Source: Mobula hypostoma (taxonomy: Eukaryota). From it: DNA of 64,000 bases. The notes beneath the pieces were generated by a model. It worked only from the letters and a program-made list of their open reading frames with translations. It did not search any database and was not told the DNA's origin. How positions within the stretch are numbered: position 1 is the first letter of the stretch; each line of letters starts with the position of its first letter. The translations under genes and the position numbers were made by a program. Positions 50,325 to 61,019 of the stretch are shown here, piece by piece. The DNA lies in contig NC_086097.1 of assembly GCF_963921235.1 (NCBI RefSeq), positions 198,402,001 through 198,466,000 on the forward strand. The letters run 5' to 3'.

Positions 50325-52583
50325 TAGTGGTCACCAACCTTTTTAAGCCCAAGATCCCCTACCTCGACCTCAGTGAAAGGCAAGATCTACCTACTAAATC
50401 ATTTAGAGAAAAAACAGCTCAGATTGTATGTCCAATTTGAGGCCTTTTATTTGGGCGAATTGTGTTTGAATTACACAAAATACTTTTGTCAAACTTTCAA
50501 ATTAATTCAAACAAGAAAACACTGTAACTAGCATATCAAACAGGCCATAGCTGTTTTTCTTTAAAGATATTACAATACTTCACACTTTTAATTCTAAGTT
50601 TCAGTATTTAATTTTATTTCAACATGAAAAATAAATGAATGAAAATTGACTGTTGCACTCAGTGTGATGACTGGGGCTGAATACTTTCTGCTAGTTCCCT
50701 GAAATTTGGCTCATAATTACAGACAGCCAGTCTGAGACAGTCTGTGAGGTGTAGGGTTGCCAACTGTCCCGTATTCCCCCCGCTAAGGTAGAGCTATGAA
50801 AGCTATGAAACCTTTCCTGCCGAAATGCTTTACACCGCAGAAACAATTACCATTAATTTATATGGAAAAAAATTTTGAGCGTTCACAGACCCAAAAAAAA
50901 CCTACCAAATCATAGCAAATAACATACGAAACCTAAAATAACACTAACATATAGTAAAAGCAGGAATGATATGATAAATACACAGCCTATATAAAGTAGA
51001 AATAATGAAGATTAAGCCAAAACTGATTTGTGGGGTAAAAACAATTGGCTCGTACGCTCATGCGCACACAGGTGCCCGCGCAAGGATTCATGGTCATGGT
51101 AGTCTTTCTCGGGGTAAACACAAGTGTCCCGGGATTTGACTGATACTTTTGTCCCTTATTTGGGAGTGAGAAAGTTGGCAACCCTAGTGAGATGTCTGTC
51201 AGTAAGTCAGCTCCTGTACTTAGATTTAATAATTTTCATCTGTGAAAATGCAATACGTTGACCTGAAGTAGGCACTGACTTTTAGTGCTATAAATCCAAA
51301 GTGCACACCGTGCATTGCTGGGGCCCCATCAGTAGTAATTGCCACCAGTTTATGAATGGGGATGTCATTTTCACGGACATATTTTTTAAACTCATTATAG
51401 ATATCCTCACCTCTCGTTCTTTCCTTTAATTGCAAAAGAGTGAGGAAGTCCTCCTTTGTTGTAAAATCCTGGAAAGCCATTCTGACAAATACAAGCTGAG
51501 CTGTTTGCATTACATCCAGGGATTCATCGAACTGTAGTGAAAAATATTCACGTCCTCTGACAGTGACCCTACCCTCCTTGTCACTGATGCAGGGCCAAGC
51601 GGTATATTATGTATTGCGGTTGTGATGTTGTTTTTGTTTTTAAAGTCATTAAAAACAGTCTCTGCGGTAATGGCCATTGCTTCCTTGAATAAATCGCCAT
51701 CTGTAAAAGGCTTCTGGTGTTCAGCCAAAAGGTGACTTACACGAAATGATGCTTCAATAGCAGCCTTATTTTGAGCAGCATATTTTGTGGAAAACGATTG
51801 CTGGGCCTTCAACCCCGATTTCAGCTCAACTTTCCAAGCACGAATTGCACTGTTTGGGGGGGTAGGTGTCTTTAAATTTCTGGTGGTTGGTGTCGTGGTG
51901 GGCCGCTCCAGATTCCCTCTTTTAGTCAGTGCTTGTGTTTGGTGGCACAACATACATACACACTTGTCTTTCACCAAGGTAAATAGAAATTCCTCTTCCC
52001 ATTCTGGATGGAATTTGTACATTTTTGCCTTCTTTCGTGGAGCCTCTGCCACGCTATCAGGATATCACGAGCGATTGCCGATTGCATCGCCTCTGATCTG
52101 GGCTGACATTTACGTGCCAGGTAGCACCTAATTAATTAGCTTGTTTATATTGGCTTTTCTTCTTAAAGATGTGCTGTGCGCATCCCGACTACCACTGCAC
52201 CCCTGTATGCTTCGCGGCCCAGAGGTTGGGGACACTGCTGTATATTGATGTTTGTGACAGTCTGTACTCTTATCTAACCTGATTGGTCACTTTGATGCAG
52301 CACAGGCTATGCTGAAAATGCAGTGCAAGGCGGGGGAACTACCCACATACGCACTGGGCAGAAAGAACAGAACTAAACCCCCGCAACCTGGAAACAATTT
52401 CTCTTTACAAACAACTTTTTAGCGAAAATATTGCTATCTTACCATTATCCTAATTAGTATTACTTTTATAATGCTTACATTACAACAGTATTTGTGCATT
52501 TATTTTTGATTTTTCTTCGGGATCTACTGGGAAAATCTCAAAGATCGACCGGTCGATCGCTATCGACGGGTTGGCGACCCCTA
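50325..52583 (-). mobile_element. hAT (Charlie/Buster-like) DNA transposon, internally deleted
   Basis: TIRs TAGTGGTCACCAACC / GGTTGGCGACCCCTA and perfect 8-bp TSD CTCTAAGG (50317-50324, 52584-52591). BED finger (CVCMLC), KPFTDG, ITTDGAPAM, and dimerisation-domain end. Confidence 0.93.
50752..51186. mobile_element. Non-autonomous hAT (Tip100-like TIR) MITE nested in the transposase gene
   Basis: Perfect 14-bp TIR TAGGGTTGCCAACT. 8-bp TSD GTGAG(G/A)TG at 50744-50751 and 51187-51194. Confidence 0.9.
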
Positions 52584-53189
52584 CTCTAAGGAAAGGTACT
52601 AATTCTCAACTATTAACATAGGTAGTCCATGACCCATGTGGAAAAACCTCCTCTTAGCTTCCACCCTTTCAAGTGTCTTCTGAATTATGTGTGTTTTAAT
52701 AAGACCACTTCTCAGTGTTTTAAACTTCAGTGAAATATAGATATAATCTGCTCACTTGATCAAGATGATTTGAGAGGAGATTGGATGTGATCAAAATGGT
52801 TTCAAGGCTTCTTTTTTCAAGAGTTGATGATGGTGTTTTAGAATCGTCTTAATCTGTTCACAGTGTTGACCACATTAGGTTCTTCAGTCAAGATCGAACT
52901 AGTTTAGATTTAGTACACAAGTTTGCTGCTGTGTCTTTGGTGAAAAGTGAGGTGTTTGTTACCTAATGTATTGTTTTGATTAAATGCTTAGCCTTGAATG
53001 CCCTTAGTGAGCAAAACAGAAGCCACTATGCTTGTCAGCTATTCTACCCATCCCTGCTGACTCACCTATTAAGAGTTGTGTGTCTGCAATGTGTGGAATG
53101 AATGAAACTGGCTCTCTTTATCTTTGACAATGACTTCCAGAATTGTCAGTAGGCTTCAAAGCCAACTTCAAGAGTGTGTATTAAAGTAG

Positions 53190-53530
53190 TATTAGTATAT
53201 CTCCTGTTCCACCAGAGGTCCAACCATCTGTGGCCATTGCTATAGAACCATCAACAATACCTACTGAGCCATTCTTTATTCATGCATTCCATCCAGATGT
53301 ATCAAGGCTCAGTATGGTGACTGCTCTACCCATGACCATGAGAAATTGCAAAGAGTTGTGGACACAACTTAGCAAAGCATGGAAACCCATTTCCCCTCCA
53401 TAGATGCTCAACATTTCATGCTACCTCAGTAAAGCAGCCAGTATAATCATAGACACAATACATGCCAGATTTTCTCCTTCCTCCCATCTGTCAGAAGATA
53501 CAGAAGTCTGAAAGCATGTACCACCATCAC
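53190..53530 (+). mobile_element. Old Rex1/Babar-type LINE fragment
   Basis: Decayed C-terminal region collinear with other copies in the window. Confidence 0.55.
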
Positions 53531-53876
53531 AATGTTCCAGTATTTGCAGTATTTTACTTCTTCAGTGTTTTATTATTTCATTGTTCCAACCTTTTTGTTT
53601 CTGTCTCCTTTCCTGTTTCATTCATCCCATCAATTTACATCTCTTCCAAACAGATTGCTGAAAAACATTCACCATCCTCTCTTAATCTGTTCCACAGTGG
53701 CACGTCATTCTTCTTTTGATCTACAGAAACAGACCTTCCTAGTTTATTCTCCAGCGTGTCTACCTTTGCTGGAACTTAAAATTTATTTGATTTTAAAATT
53801 TCTGTTCCTCTTGCTGAAGATGCAGCCTGGTCCTCCATCCTCTGTTCCTATTTCAGATTTCAATCATCTGCAGGTT

Positions 53877-53936
53877 CAATTACTAGAGAAGTCATCCAGT
53901 GATCAGCATCTCATGGATGACTTCTCTAGTAAATTG
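53877..53936. other. Hairpin with a perfect 19-bp stem
   Basis: TTACTAGAGAAGTCATCCA (53880-53898) pairs with TGGATGACTTCTCTAGTAA (53914-53932). 15-nt loop. Confidence 0.9.
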
Positions 53937-54343
53937 TCTTTCAGTTAAATGATTGTCAAATTGTGATTGTTTTCCAAGAAGCAAATTTGAAAAATAGCTA
54001 ACTCATCAGATACATTCTCACATCACGGTGATAGATATCTGACTTAGCTTGTGTCAACAATTGTTCTGTGACTTATTCAGAGCGAGTGTTGGTTTCTTGC
54101 TGGAAATCAGCACGTTCACACTCTGAACATGGCATCTAATCTCCCAATCAACACTGGTCAACAGATGATTTATCTTTTGTGTGAATGCAACTGTTCACTC
54201 CCCTCTGTGAGAAGTGAATGTGTTTCATTAAATCTTGGGGAACAATTGCATGTTTCCTTGAAAGTGCGAACACAAGTGCGAACACAAGTAGATAGGGTGG
54301 TAAAGAAGGCATATGGAATACCTGGCTTGATCAGCCGTGTGTT

Positions 54344-55884
54344 TGTCATGGTCCGGTCCGTGACGTCCACATTCCGGTTCACGGTCCGGTCCGTGGACTC
54401 AGGACTCTGAGTCTTCCAGCTGTCCCTTGTTTGACTAAATCAAAGGCACCTGATTCCCATCTTTGGGCTTGCAATATAAATAGCCTTAGGATTGAGTGTG
54501 GGCTGCTGGTTTGTCTCGTCAGTCCCCCTTGGAGCAACCTGCTGATGGAAGGCTAGTGAAACCATTTGTGATCTCTAGGCTTGGTTGGAGGACCACTGCT
54601 TCATGGAGCCTTGTTGCCACTCGTTGGAGTAGTCTTTGCGGTATGGATTCGGCTGTTTCTTGGGCCAGCTGAGTGACTGCCTGCCACTCCGAGCTAGGTA
54701 GGGATCTGGCTGTTTCCATAGCCAGCTGAGGTTGCTGGCCGAACTGAGACTTGGAGCTTTCCCAGAGCAGAGATGGAACTGTCTGTCATTCTTTGGTGTT
54801 TGTCTCCTCTTGTCCTTGCCTCTGTGAGGTAAGCCAGGCTGTTTTACCATTGCCCTGTTGGGGGAACCTGTCTTGTCTTGTCCTTGCCTCTGTTGGGTAA
54901 GTCTGGCTGTTCTGCCGTTACCTGACGGAGAGACCTGTCCCACCTTGGTGTGGAGATGAAGTTGAGTCCCGGCCCTATGTCTATGTTCTGTCCTGTCTCA
55001 TGTTTGTGTTGTGTTAAAGATGAGTCCTGGCTTGTCGAAGGATAAGTCCCGGCTCTATGTTGATGTTCAGTTCCCAGTATGTCTCTCAGCTCCACGTCTC
55101 CGAGTTATCAGCCTCCACATTTCAAGATGAAGACCCCAAGCCTCAAGGATCACAAGCCAAGCTCAAGCTCCAAGAACCTAAGCCTCGATGATCCCAAGCC
55201 GCTCCAAGAACCCAAGCCTTGAGGATTCCAAGCCAAGCTCCAAGAACCCAAGCCTTGAGGGTCTCTAGCCAAGCTCAAGACCCAAGACCCCAAGCCTCAA
55301 GAATCCCAAGCCAAGCTCAAGACCCAAGACCCTAAGCCTCGAGGATCCCAAGCCAAGCTCAAGACCCAAGACCCCAAGCCTCGAGGATCCCAAGCCAAGC
55401 TCAAGACCCAAGACCCCAAGCCTCGAGGCTCCCAACCCAAGCTCAAGACCCAAGACGCCAGCCTCAAGCCATGTCACGTCCTTGCCTGGTTCTGGGGTCT
55501 GAGCCTGAGGCAAGACCCAGGTTCTGGGTCCTTGTTCAGTCTTGGGTTCGGAGTCCGAGCCTTGTCTTGTCTCCAAGCTCAGACCTCTAGTCCCCAGCCA
55601 CATCCTGTCCTGCAGCCTTGTCATGTCCTTGCCTGGTTCCGGGGTCTGAGCCTGAGGCAGGACCCAGGTTCTGGGTCCTTGTCCAGTCTTGGGCTCCGAG
55701 TCCAAGCCTTGTCTCTTAGTCCATGGTTCCTAGTCCTGGTCCCGCTTTCCCTAGCCCAAGTCTGCATTCTTGTCCCTGCTCCTTGCCTGAATCCTGTTAC
55801 GTCCCTACTCTAGTTAAGTCCTGTTCCTTGTACTTCAGTGTCTGTGTCTTGCATTTGGGTCCGTTCCCAGCACCCTATGTGACA
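54344..55884 (+). mobile_element. Long solo-LTR-like element with internal tandem repeats
   Basis: TGTCA...TGACA ends, flanks GTGTT/GTTTT, TATAAATA near 54475, no credible ORF. Interrupts a CR1. Confidence 0.75.
55130..55470 (+). repeat. Minisatellite, 42-bp unit built from CCAAG subunits
   Basis: CCCAAGCCAAGCTCAAGACCCAAGACCCCAAGCCTCGAGGAT about 4-5 times, with shorter variants upstream. Confidence 0.92.
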
Positions 55885-57055
55885 GTTTTGGGTATGAAAA
55901 ATTGGAAGGCATGTTGCATTGATTAGACTACATCTGATTAGATTGCATTTGATTTTATTAGACTGCATTTGGAGTGGTGAATACATTACAGGAAGGATAT
56001 GAAGGTTTTGGAGAGGGTGCAGAAGAGGCACACTAGGATGTTACTTGGATTGGTGAAGTTTAGCTATTAGGAGAGGCTGGACAAATGCAAATTGTTTTCT
56101 CTGCAGTGTCAGAGGTTGAAAGGGCAACCGGACACAAGAATATACATTTATGAAAGACATAAATATGATAGGTAGTCAGAATCTTTTTTCCATTAGTGGA
56201 AATGTCAAATATTAGAATGCATAAGTTTAAGGGGAGGGGGAGATTTTAAAAGAGATTTACAAGACATTTTTTTTTACACAGGGAGTGTCAAAGATCTGGA
56301 ACACACTGCCAGGGGAAGTAGAGGAGCAGATACACACATGCATGGAATAGAAGGATATGAACCATGTACACACAGGAGGGATTACTTTAGGTTGCCTTCG
56401 TGGTCAGTGCTGACATGGTAGGCTGGAGGGCTTGTTCCATTGTAGGTGTGCAAATTTCTCAACACATGACGGTGATAATAAACCTCATTCTGATTCTGAG
56501 GTGCTTGGAATGCAGGGGAGGTGGTGGATACAAATATGACAGCAATTTTTAAGAGACATTTAGGCCAGCACATAAACACAGGGAATGGAGAAATGTGCTT
56601 TCAGTGGCACTTCAATAGGTACACCTGCTTGTTAATGAAAATATCTAATAAGCCAATCACGTGGCAGCAACTCAATGCACAAAGTATGTAGACATAGTCA
56701 AGATGTTCAGTTGTTCATCAAACCAAAAATCAGAACGGGGGAGAAATCTGATCTAAGTGACTTTGACTGTGGGATGATTTTTGGTGACAGACAGAATGAA
56801 TTAAGTATCTCAGAATCTGCTGATCTCTTGGGATTATCACACACAACAGTCTCTGTAGTTTATAGATGTGAAGGTATTGGGTTTGTTGACCATGAAGGTT
56901 CTAAACTCAAAAATCTTAAACCCTATCAGATGTAAATAGCCACAAATAATCTCACTAAAGAGAATTAATACTCTAACTACCCAATCTTCAAAGACAAGCT
57001 TATTTCCTTGTTTATTCTTCATGGCGAGCTTTAGCTGCCAATATCCACTATTTGA

Positions 57056-57428
57056 TTAGAACATAGAAACATAGAAAACCTACAGCATAACACAGGCCCT
57101 TCGGCCGACAAAGCTGTGCCAAACATGTCCTTACCTTAGAACTACCAAGGCTTACCCATAGCCCTCTATTTTTCTAAGCTCCATGTACCTGTCTAGGAGT
57201 CTCTTAAAAGACTCTATTGTTTCCGCCTCCACCACCGCTGCCGGCAGCCCATTCCATGCACTCACCACTCTCTGCGTAAAAGACTTACCCTTGACATCTC
57301 CTCTGTACCTACTTCCAAGCACCTTAAAACTATGCCCTCTCATGCTAACCATTTCAGTCCTGGGAAAAACCCTCTTGACTATCCACATGATCAATGCCTC
57401 TCATTATCTTGTACAACTCTATCAGGTC
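57056..57428 (-). mobile_element. CR1 3' end
   Basis: ORF 57152-57394 (RGHSFKV...FTQRVVSAWNGLP) and (TTTCTATG)n tail. Confidence 0.9.
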
Positions 57429-57797
57429 AGATTGGTGGGACCTTCCTCCCTACCAAGGAGATTATACTTCCAGTAAACAAAGTAGTTTAAGATATAATTC
57501 ATTTACTTACAGTGACAAGAGTTTGAATCCACACATTCTTAAAACTCATTTAAAACTCATTTAAAACTCACAGTGGATTTCTACCTTAAATATTTATTAG
57601 ATTAGATTAGATTAGATTCAACTTTATTGTCATTGTGCTGAGTACAGATACAAAGCCAATGAAATGCAGTTAGCATCTAACCAGGAATGCAAAGAACAGT
57701 AAACACGAGGAAATATGCAGATGCTGGAATTTCAAGTAACACACATCAAAGTTGCTGGTGAACACAGCAGGCCAGGCAGCATCTCTAGGAAGAGGTA

Positions 57798-57835
57798 CAG
57801 TCGATGTTTCAGGCCAAGACCCTTCGTCAGGACTA
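57798..57835 (-). ncRNA. Minimal hammerhead motif
   Basis: UAGUC-CUGACGA-AGGGUCUUGGCCU-GAAA-CA-UC-GACUG. Confidence 0.72.
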
Positions 57836-58158
57836 ACTGAAAGAAGAGCTAGTAAGAGATTTGAAAGTTGGAGGGGGAGGGGGAGATCGGAAATGATAGG
57901 AGAAGACAGGAGGGGGAGGGATGGAGCCAAGAGCTGGACAGGTGATTAGCAAAAGGGATATGAGAGGATCATGGGGCAGGAGGCCTAGGAAGAAAGAAAA
58001 GGGGGAGGGGGGAAAAAGCCCAGAGGATGGGCAAGGGGTATAGTGAGAGGGACAGAGGGAGAAAAAGGAGAGAGAGAAAAAGAGTGTGTGTATATAAATA
58101 AATAATGGATGGGGTACCCCCCCCCACTTTCACATCTCTTACTAGTTCTTCTTTCAGT

Positions 58159-58196
58159 TAGCCCTGACGAAGGGTCTCGGCCTGAAACGTCAACTG
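58159..58196 (+). ncRNA. Minimal hammerhead motif (intact core, damaged stem I)
   Basis: UAGCC-CUGACGA-AGGGUCUCGGCCU-GAAA-CG-UC-AACUG. Confidence 0.65.
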
Positions 58197-60079
58197 TACC
58201 TCTTCCTAGAGATGCTGACTGGCCTGCTGTGTGCACCAGCAACTTTTAGGTGTGTTGATGCAAAGAATAGTGTTATTTACAAAATAACTCCGAATAAAAA
58301 ATAAGTGCTACAGCACACAAATATAAAAGTACTGAGACTGTACAATATGGGTGCAATTCTGCTTAGCGCTGTGATGTGAGGTTCAGCATGGTCACAGCCT
58401 CAGGGAAGAAACTCTTCCTGTGCCTGCTGGTGCGGGAGCGGAGGCTCCTGTAGTGCCTACTGGATGGGAGGAGAGTAGAAAGTCCATGGTTAGGGTGAGA
58501 TGCATCCTTGATAATGCTTTTCATCCTGCCCAGGCAGCGTTTATGGTAGATGTTCTCAATGGTGGGCATTAAGCAATGTTCTCAATGGTGGACATTGAGC
58601 AGTGGACAATGATTGTAATTTATTTCCCAATCACAACCATTTCAAAACAACAAGGCATCTCTGAAACTCCAAGGATTTCCAAAACACAGGTACAAATCCT
58701 ATAAACTAAAAAGATATACCATGATGCGGATGAGCAAGTTGTCCATTACAGAAACTGAAGCTAGAGGAATGGAGTCTATTCATCCCAACTTCCTATCATT
58801 CTTGATGTTCTTCAACCACTCCTAATAAGCCTGAACGGCTCTCTACATTTATACCCTTTTTCTACAACTTTGGTGATTTCACATGCATATGATATTTCCT
58901 CAGATGTCCTTTCAATGCAAGTGGTCTAATAGCATTTTGGAGATAGAGTTTTTTTTAGCTACCTACCATTAATGCTGTAAAGCTGTGAAGCTAACTTCCT
59001 TGAGCCCATAAAACCATCCAAATGTAAACACATCATAGTTATTGATATGCTAAGTAATATTATCCATCTGTTCTTCAAGCTTCCATAAAGCTAGCAACTC
59101 AAAAGCCAGCTTATTTGTTTGAAAAAACCTGAATTAAACAACCTATTGTCTTATACTGCACCTTGAGCAGTAATAAAGCAGGTGTAGTGAGCTAAGCCTT
59201 ACTTCTTCCAGACAGAATGTTTACTATCCACAAAGCTTGTTTACAAAGCTGATCTTCAGATACTACATTTTAACCACAAGGTGATTAATGCTTGCCATTT
59301 ATATTTCAAGAACTGAGGGCCAACTTCTTTTACAACCAAAAGTCAAACAACCGTCAGTTGGAAGTTTACTTACATCTGTTTGTGGTCTTACAAGTGGCAG
59401 ATGCCGTGTTTAGAAAACAAGATTAACAAGTAACCAAAAAAGAGAAAGAGGCCTGCATGCCAAGAAGTGAATATCCGTCAATACAGAGAATGGTGTGAAA
59501 AACAGAAGGAAAAAAATCCAGTGAACGGCAGTTCTGTGGGTGAAAATGCCCTGCTAATGAGAACGGTCAGAGGAGAATGGACAGACAAGTTCAAACTCAC
59601 AGGAAGGCAATAATAACTCAAATAACCACACATTACAACAGTGCTGTGCAGAAGAACATCTCTGAATTTTTTAATAGATTTTAGAGAACGGTTCCAGAGG
59701 GATATGGCAGAACCAAAATGAATCAATGTTTTCTACAGAGAATTAAATAGGTACTTGAAAGAGAATAATTGGTAGGGAACTGTGGAAATATTTGGTGAAT
59801 GGAACTGTTTCATTTGCTCCACAGGATCCCAATAAAAACTTGATGAGCTAAATGGTCTCCTTCTATGCCATAACAACTCCATAAATAACTTTTCTGAATC
59901 TCTCACTACCCTTACTCCTTTGATGCACTGCTTAAAAGCTAATTGTGAACAATACTTTGATCATTTTCCTGTTAGATCCTTATTCGGCTGGCCTCCAATT
60001 ATTTCTTTAATAAATCTCTTCTGAAACATTTTGATATTTTGCTATGATAAAGTCACTGTGTAATTGGAAGCTGGTGTTG

Positions 60080-60435
60080 TCGTAACAGGCCATTGAACAA
60101 AACTGGAGTGTAGTCACTTTTGCAGTGTGAAAGATGTAGCAGCAAATTTGCCCAGAATCAGTCATTACTAACAGAGAATCCTGAGTATTCTGAGTGAGGA
60201 TTAAATACGGATGGGGCACCAGGGATAATATTTATGTTTTTTTTGAGGTAATACCACAGGATCTTTTATATTCATATTTGGGAGCAGACCAGGCCATAGT
60301 TTAACATCTTGTCTGAAAGAATGTACTTCTAACAGAGGAGTCCTCAGAATCACACTGTGCTGTCATTTTAGCTTTCCGTGCTCAAATCTGTAAAGTGGGG
60401 TTAGAGAAAGATTCTGATTTGAAAGAGAGTGCCTG
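60080..60435 (-). mobile_element. Deu-domain SINE (SacSINE1/AmnSINE1-like), old
   Basis: Minus strand ...TCTTTCAGACAAGATGTTAAACTATGGCC...TAAAAGATCCTGTGG...CAAATTTGCTGC...AGTGACTACACT matches the DeuSINE core as I recall it. Confidence 0.7.
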
Positions 60436-60479
60436 ATGGGTGGGTGTGTGGCTACATTGCAAGGTATATTGTTCCTTCT

Positions 60480-60819
60480 ACACACATAAAAATTGCTGGT
60501 GAACGTAGCAGGCCAGGCAGCATCTACAGGAAGAGGTACAGTTGATGTTTTGGGCCGACTGTCCCTTTTGCCAATCAACTTTTCAGCTCTTAGCTCCATC
60601 CCTCCCCCTCCTGTCTTCTCCTATCATTTTGGATCTCCTCCTCCCCCTCCCACTTTCAAATCTCTTACTATCTCTTCTTTCAGTTAGTCCTGACAAAGGG
60701 TCCCTGCCCAAAACATCGACTGTACCTCTTCCTATAGATGCTGCCTGGTCTGCTGCGTTCACCAGCAATTTTTACGTGTGTTGCTTGAAATTCCGGCATC
60801 TGCAGATTTCCTCGTGTTT
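60480..60819. mobile_element. Two-armed inverted PLE terminal insertion
   Basis: Short tail-less minus arm and plus arm with 38-nt tail. 14-bp TSD A(T/C)ATTGTTCCTTCT at 60466-60479 and 60820-60833. Decayed hammerhead at 60685-60722. Confidence 0.92.
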
Positions 60820-61019
60820 ACATTGTTCCTTCTGCAGTTTTTGCTTGGCTTTTATGGATTCCAGAGAAAAAAAAATAAGATTCTCAATGTCTTTCCAGAT
60901 TATTTTCCTTCATTTTGAATGGCCATAGGCTAAATTTTCACAAGAATCAATGAGTATGATGCATTTTAGCAAGAAAGCTTTGAAAACGTACTTGGGGAAT
61001 TTTCCCAGATATCTACTAA

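Larger units (their letters stand above)
54215..56440 (+). mobile_element. CR1 3' part split by an LTR-like insertion
   Basis: LHVSLKV..QVDRVVKKAYG at 54245-54320, continuing after 55885. Confidence 0.8.
57701..58257. mobile_element. Two-armed inverted PLE terminal insertion
   Basis: Minus arm with 36-nt tail, plus arm without tail, junction near 58115. 14-bp TSD ATGCAAAGAA(C/T)AGT at 57687-57700 and 58258-58271. Confidence 0.92.
57595..58575 (-). mobile_element. Rex1/Babar-type LINE 3' end, split by a PLE
   Basis: ORF 58363-58569 C-terminus and (TCTAA)n tail at 57595-57619. Confidence 0.88.
56867..59482 (-). mobile_element. Putative old solo LTR splitting the Tc1 (itself carrying CR1, Rex and PLE inserts)
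   Basis: Flanks ATAGA/ACAGA, imperfect terminal IR, minus-strand TATAAA (59298-59303) and AATAAA (57011-57016). Confidence 0.45.
56602..59665 (+). mobile_element. Tc1 5' fragment in two collinear pieces (56602-56866 and 59483-59665)
   Basis: DLSDFDCGMI...SISESADLLGLSHTTVSVVYR, resuming EWCEKQ...QITTHYNSAVQKNISE. Confidence 0.8.

Noticed and set aside
51226..52052. Domesticated hAT gene (GTF2IRD2/ZBED-like)
   Set aside because: Frameshifts, an internal deletion, a MITE insertion, and intact TIRs and TSD show it is a dead transposon.
55130..55713. CRISPR-like array or repetitive protein gene
   Set aside because: Head-to-tail units without unique spacers inside an LTR-like element in eukaryotic DNA; the open frame follows from the 42-bp unit length.
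57539..57570. (TTAAAACTCAT)x3 as a functional element
   Set aside because: Short local tandem duplication with no further evidence.
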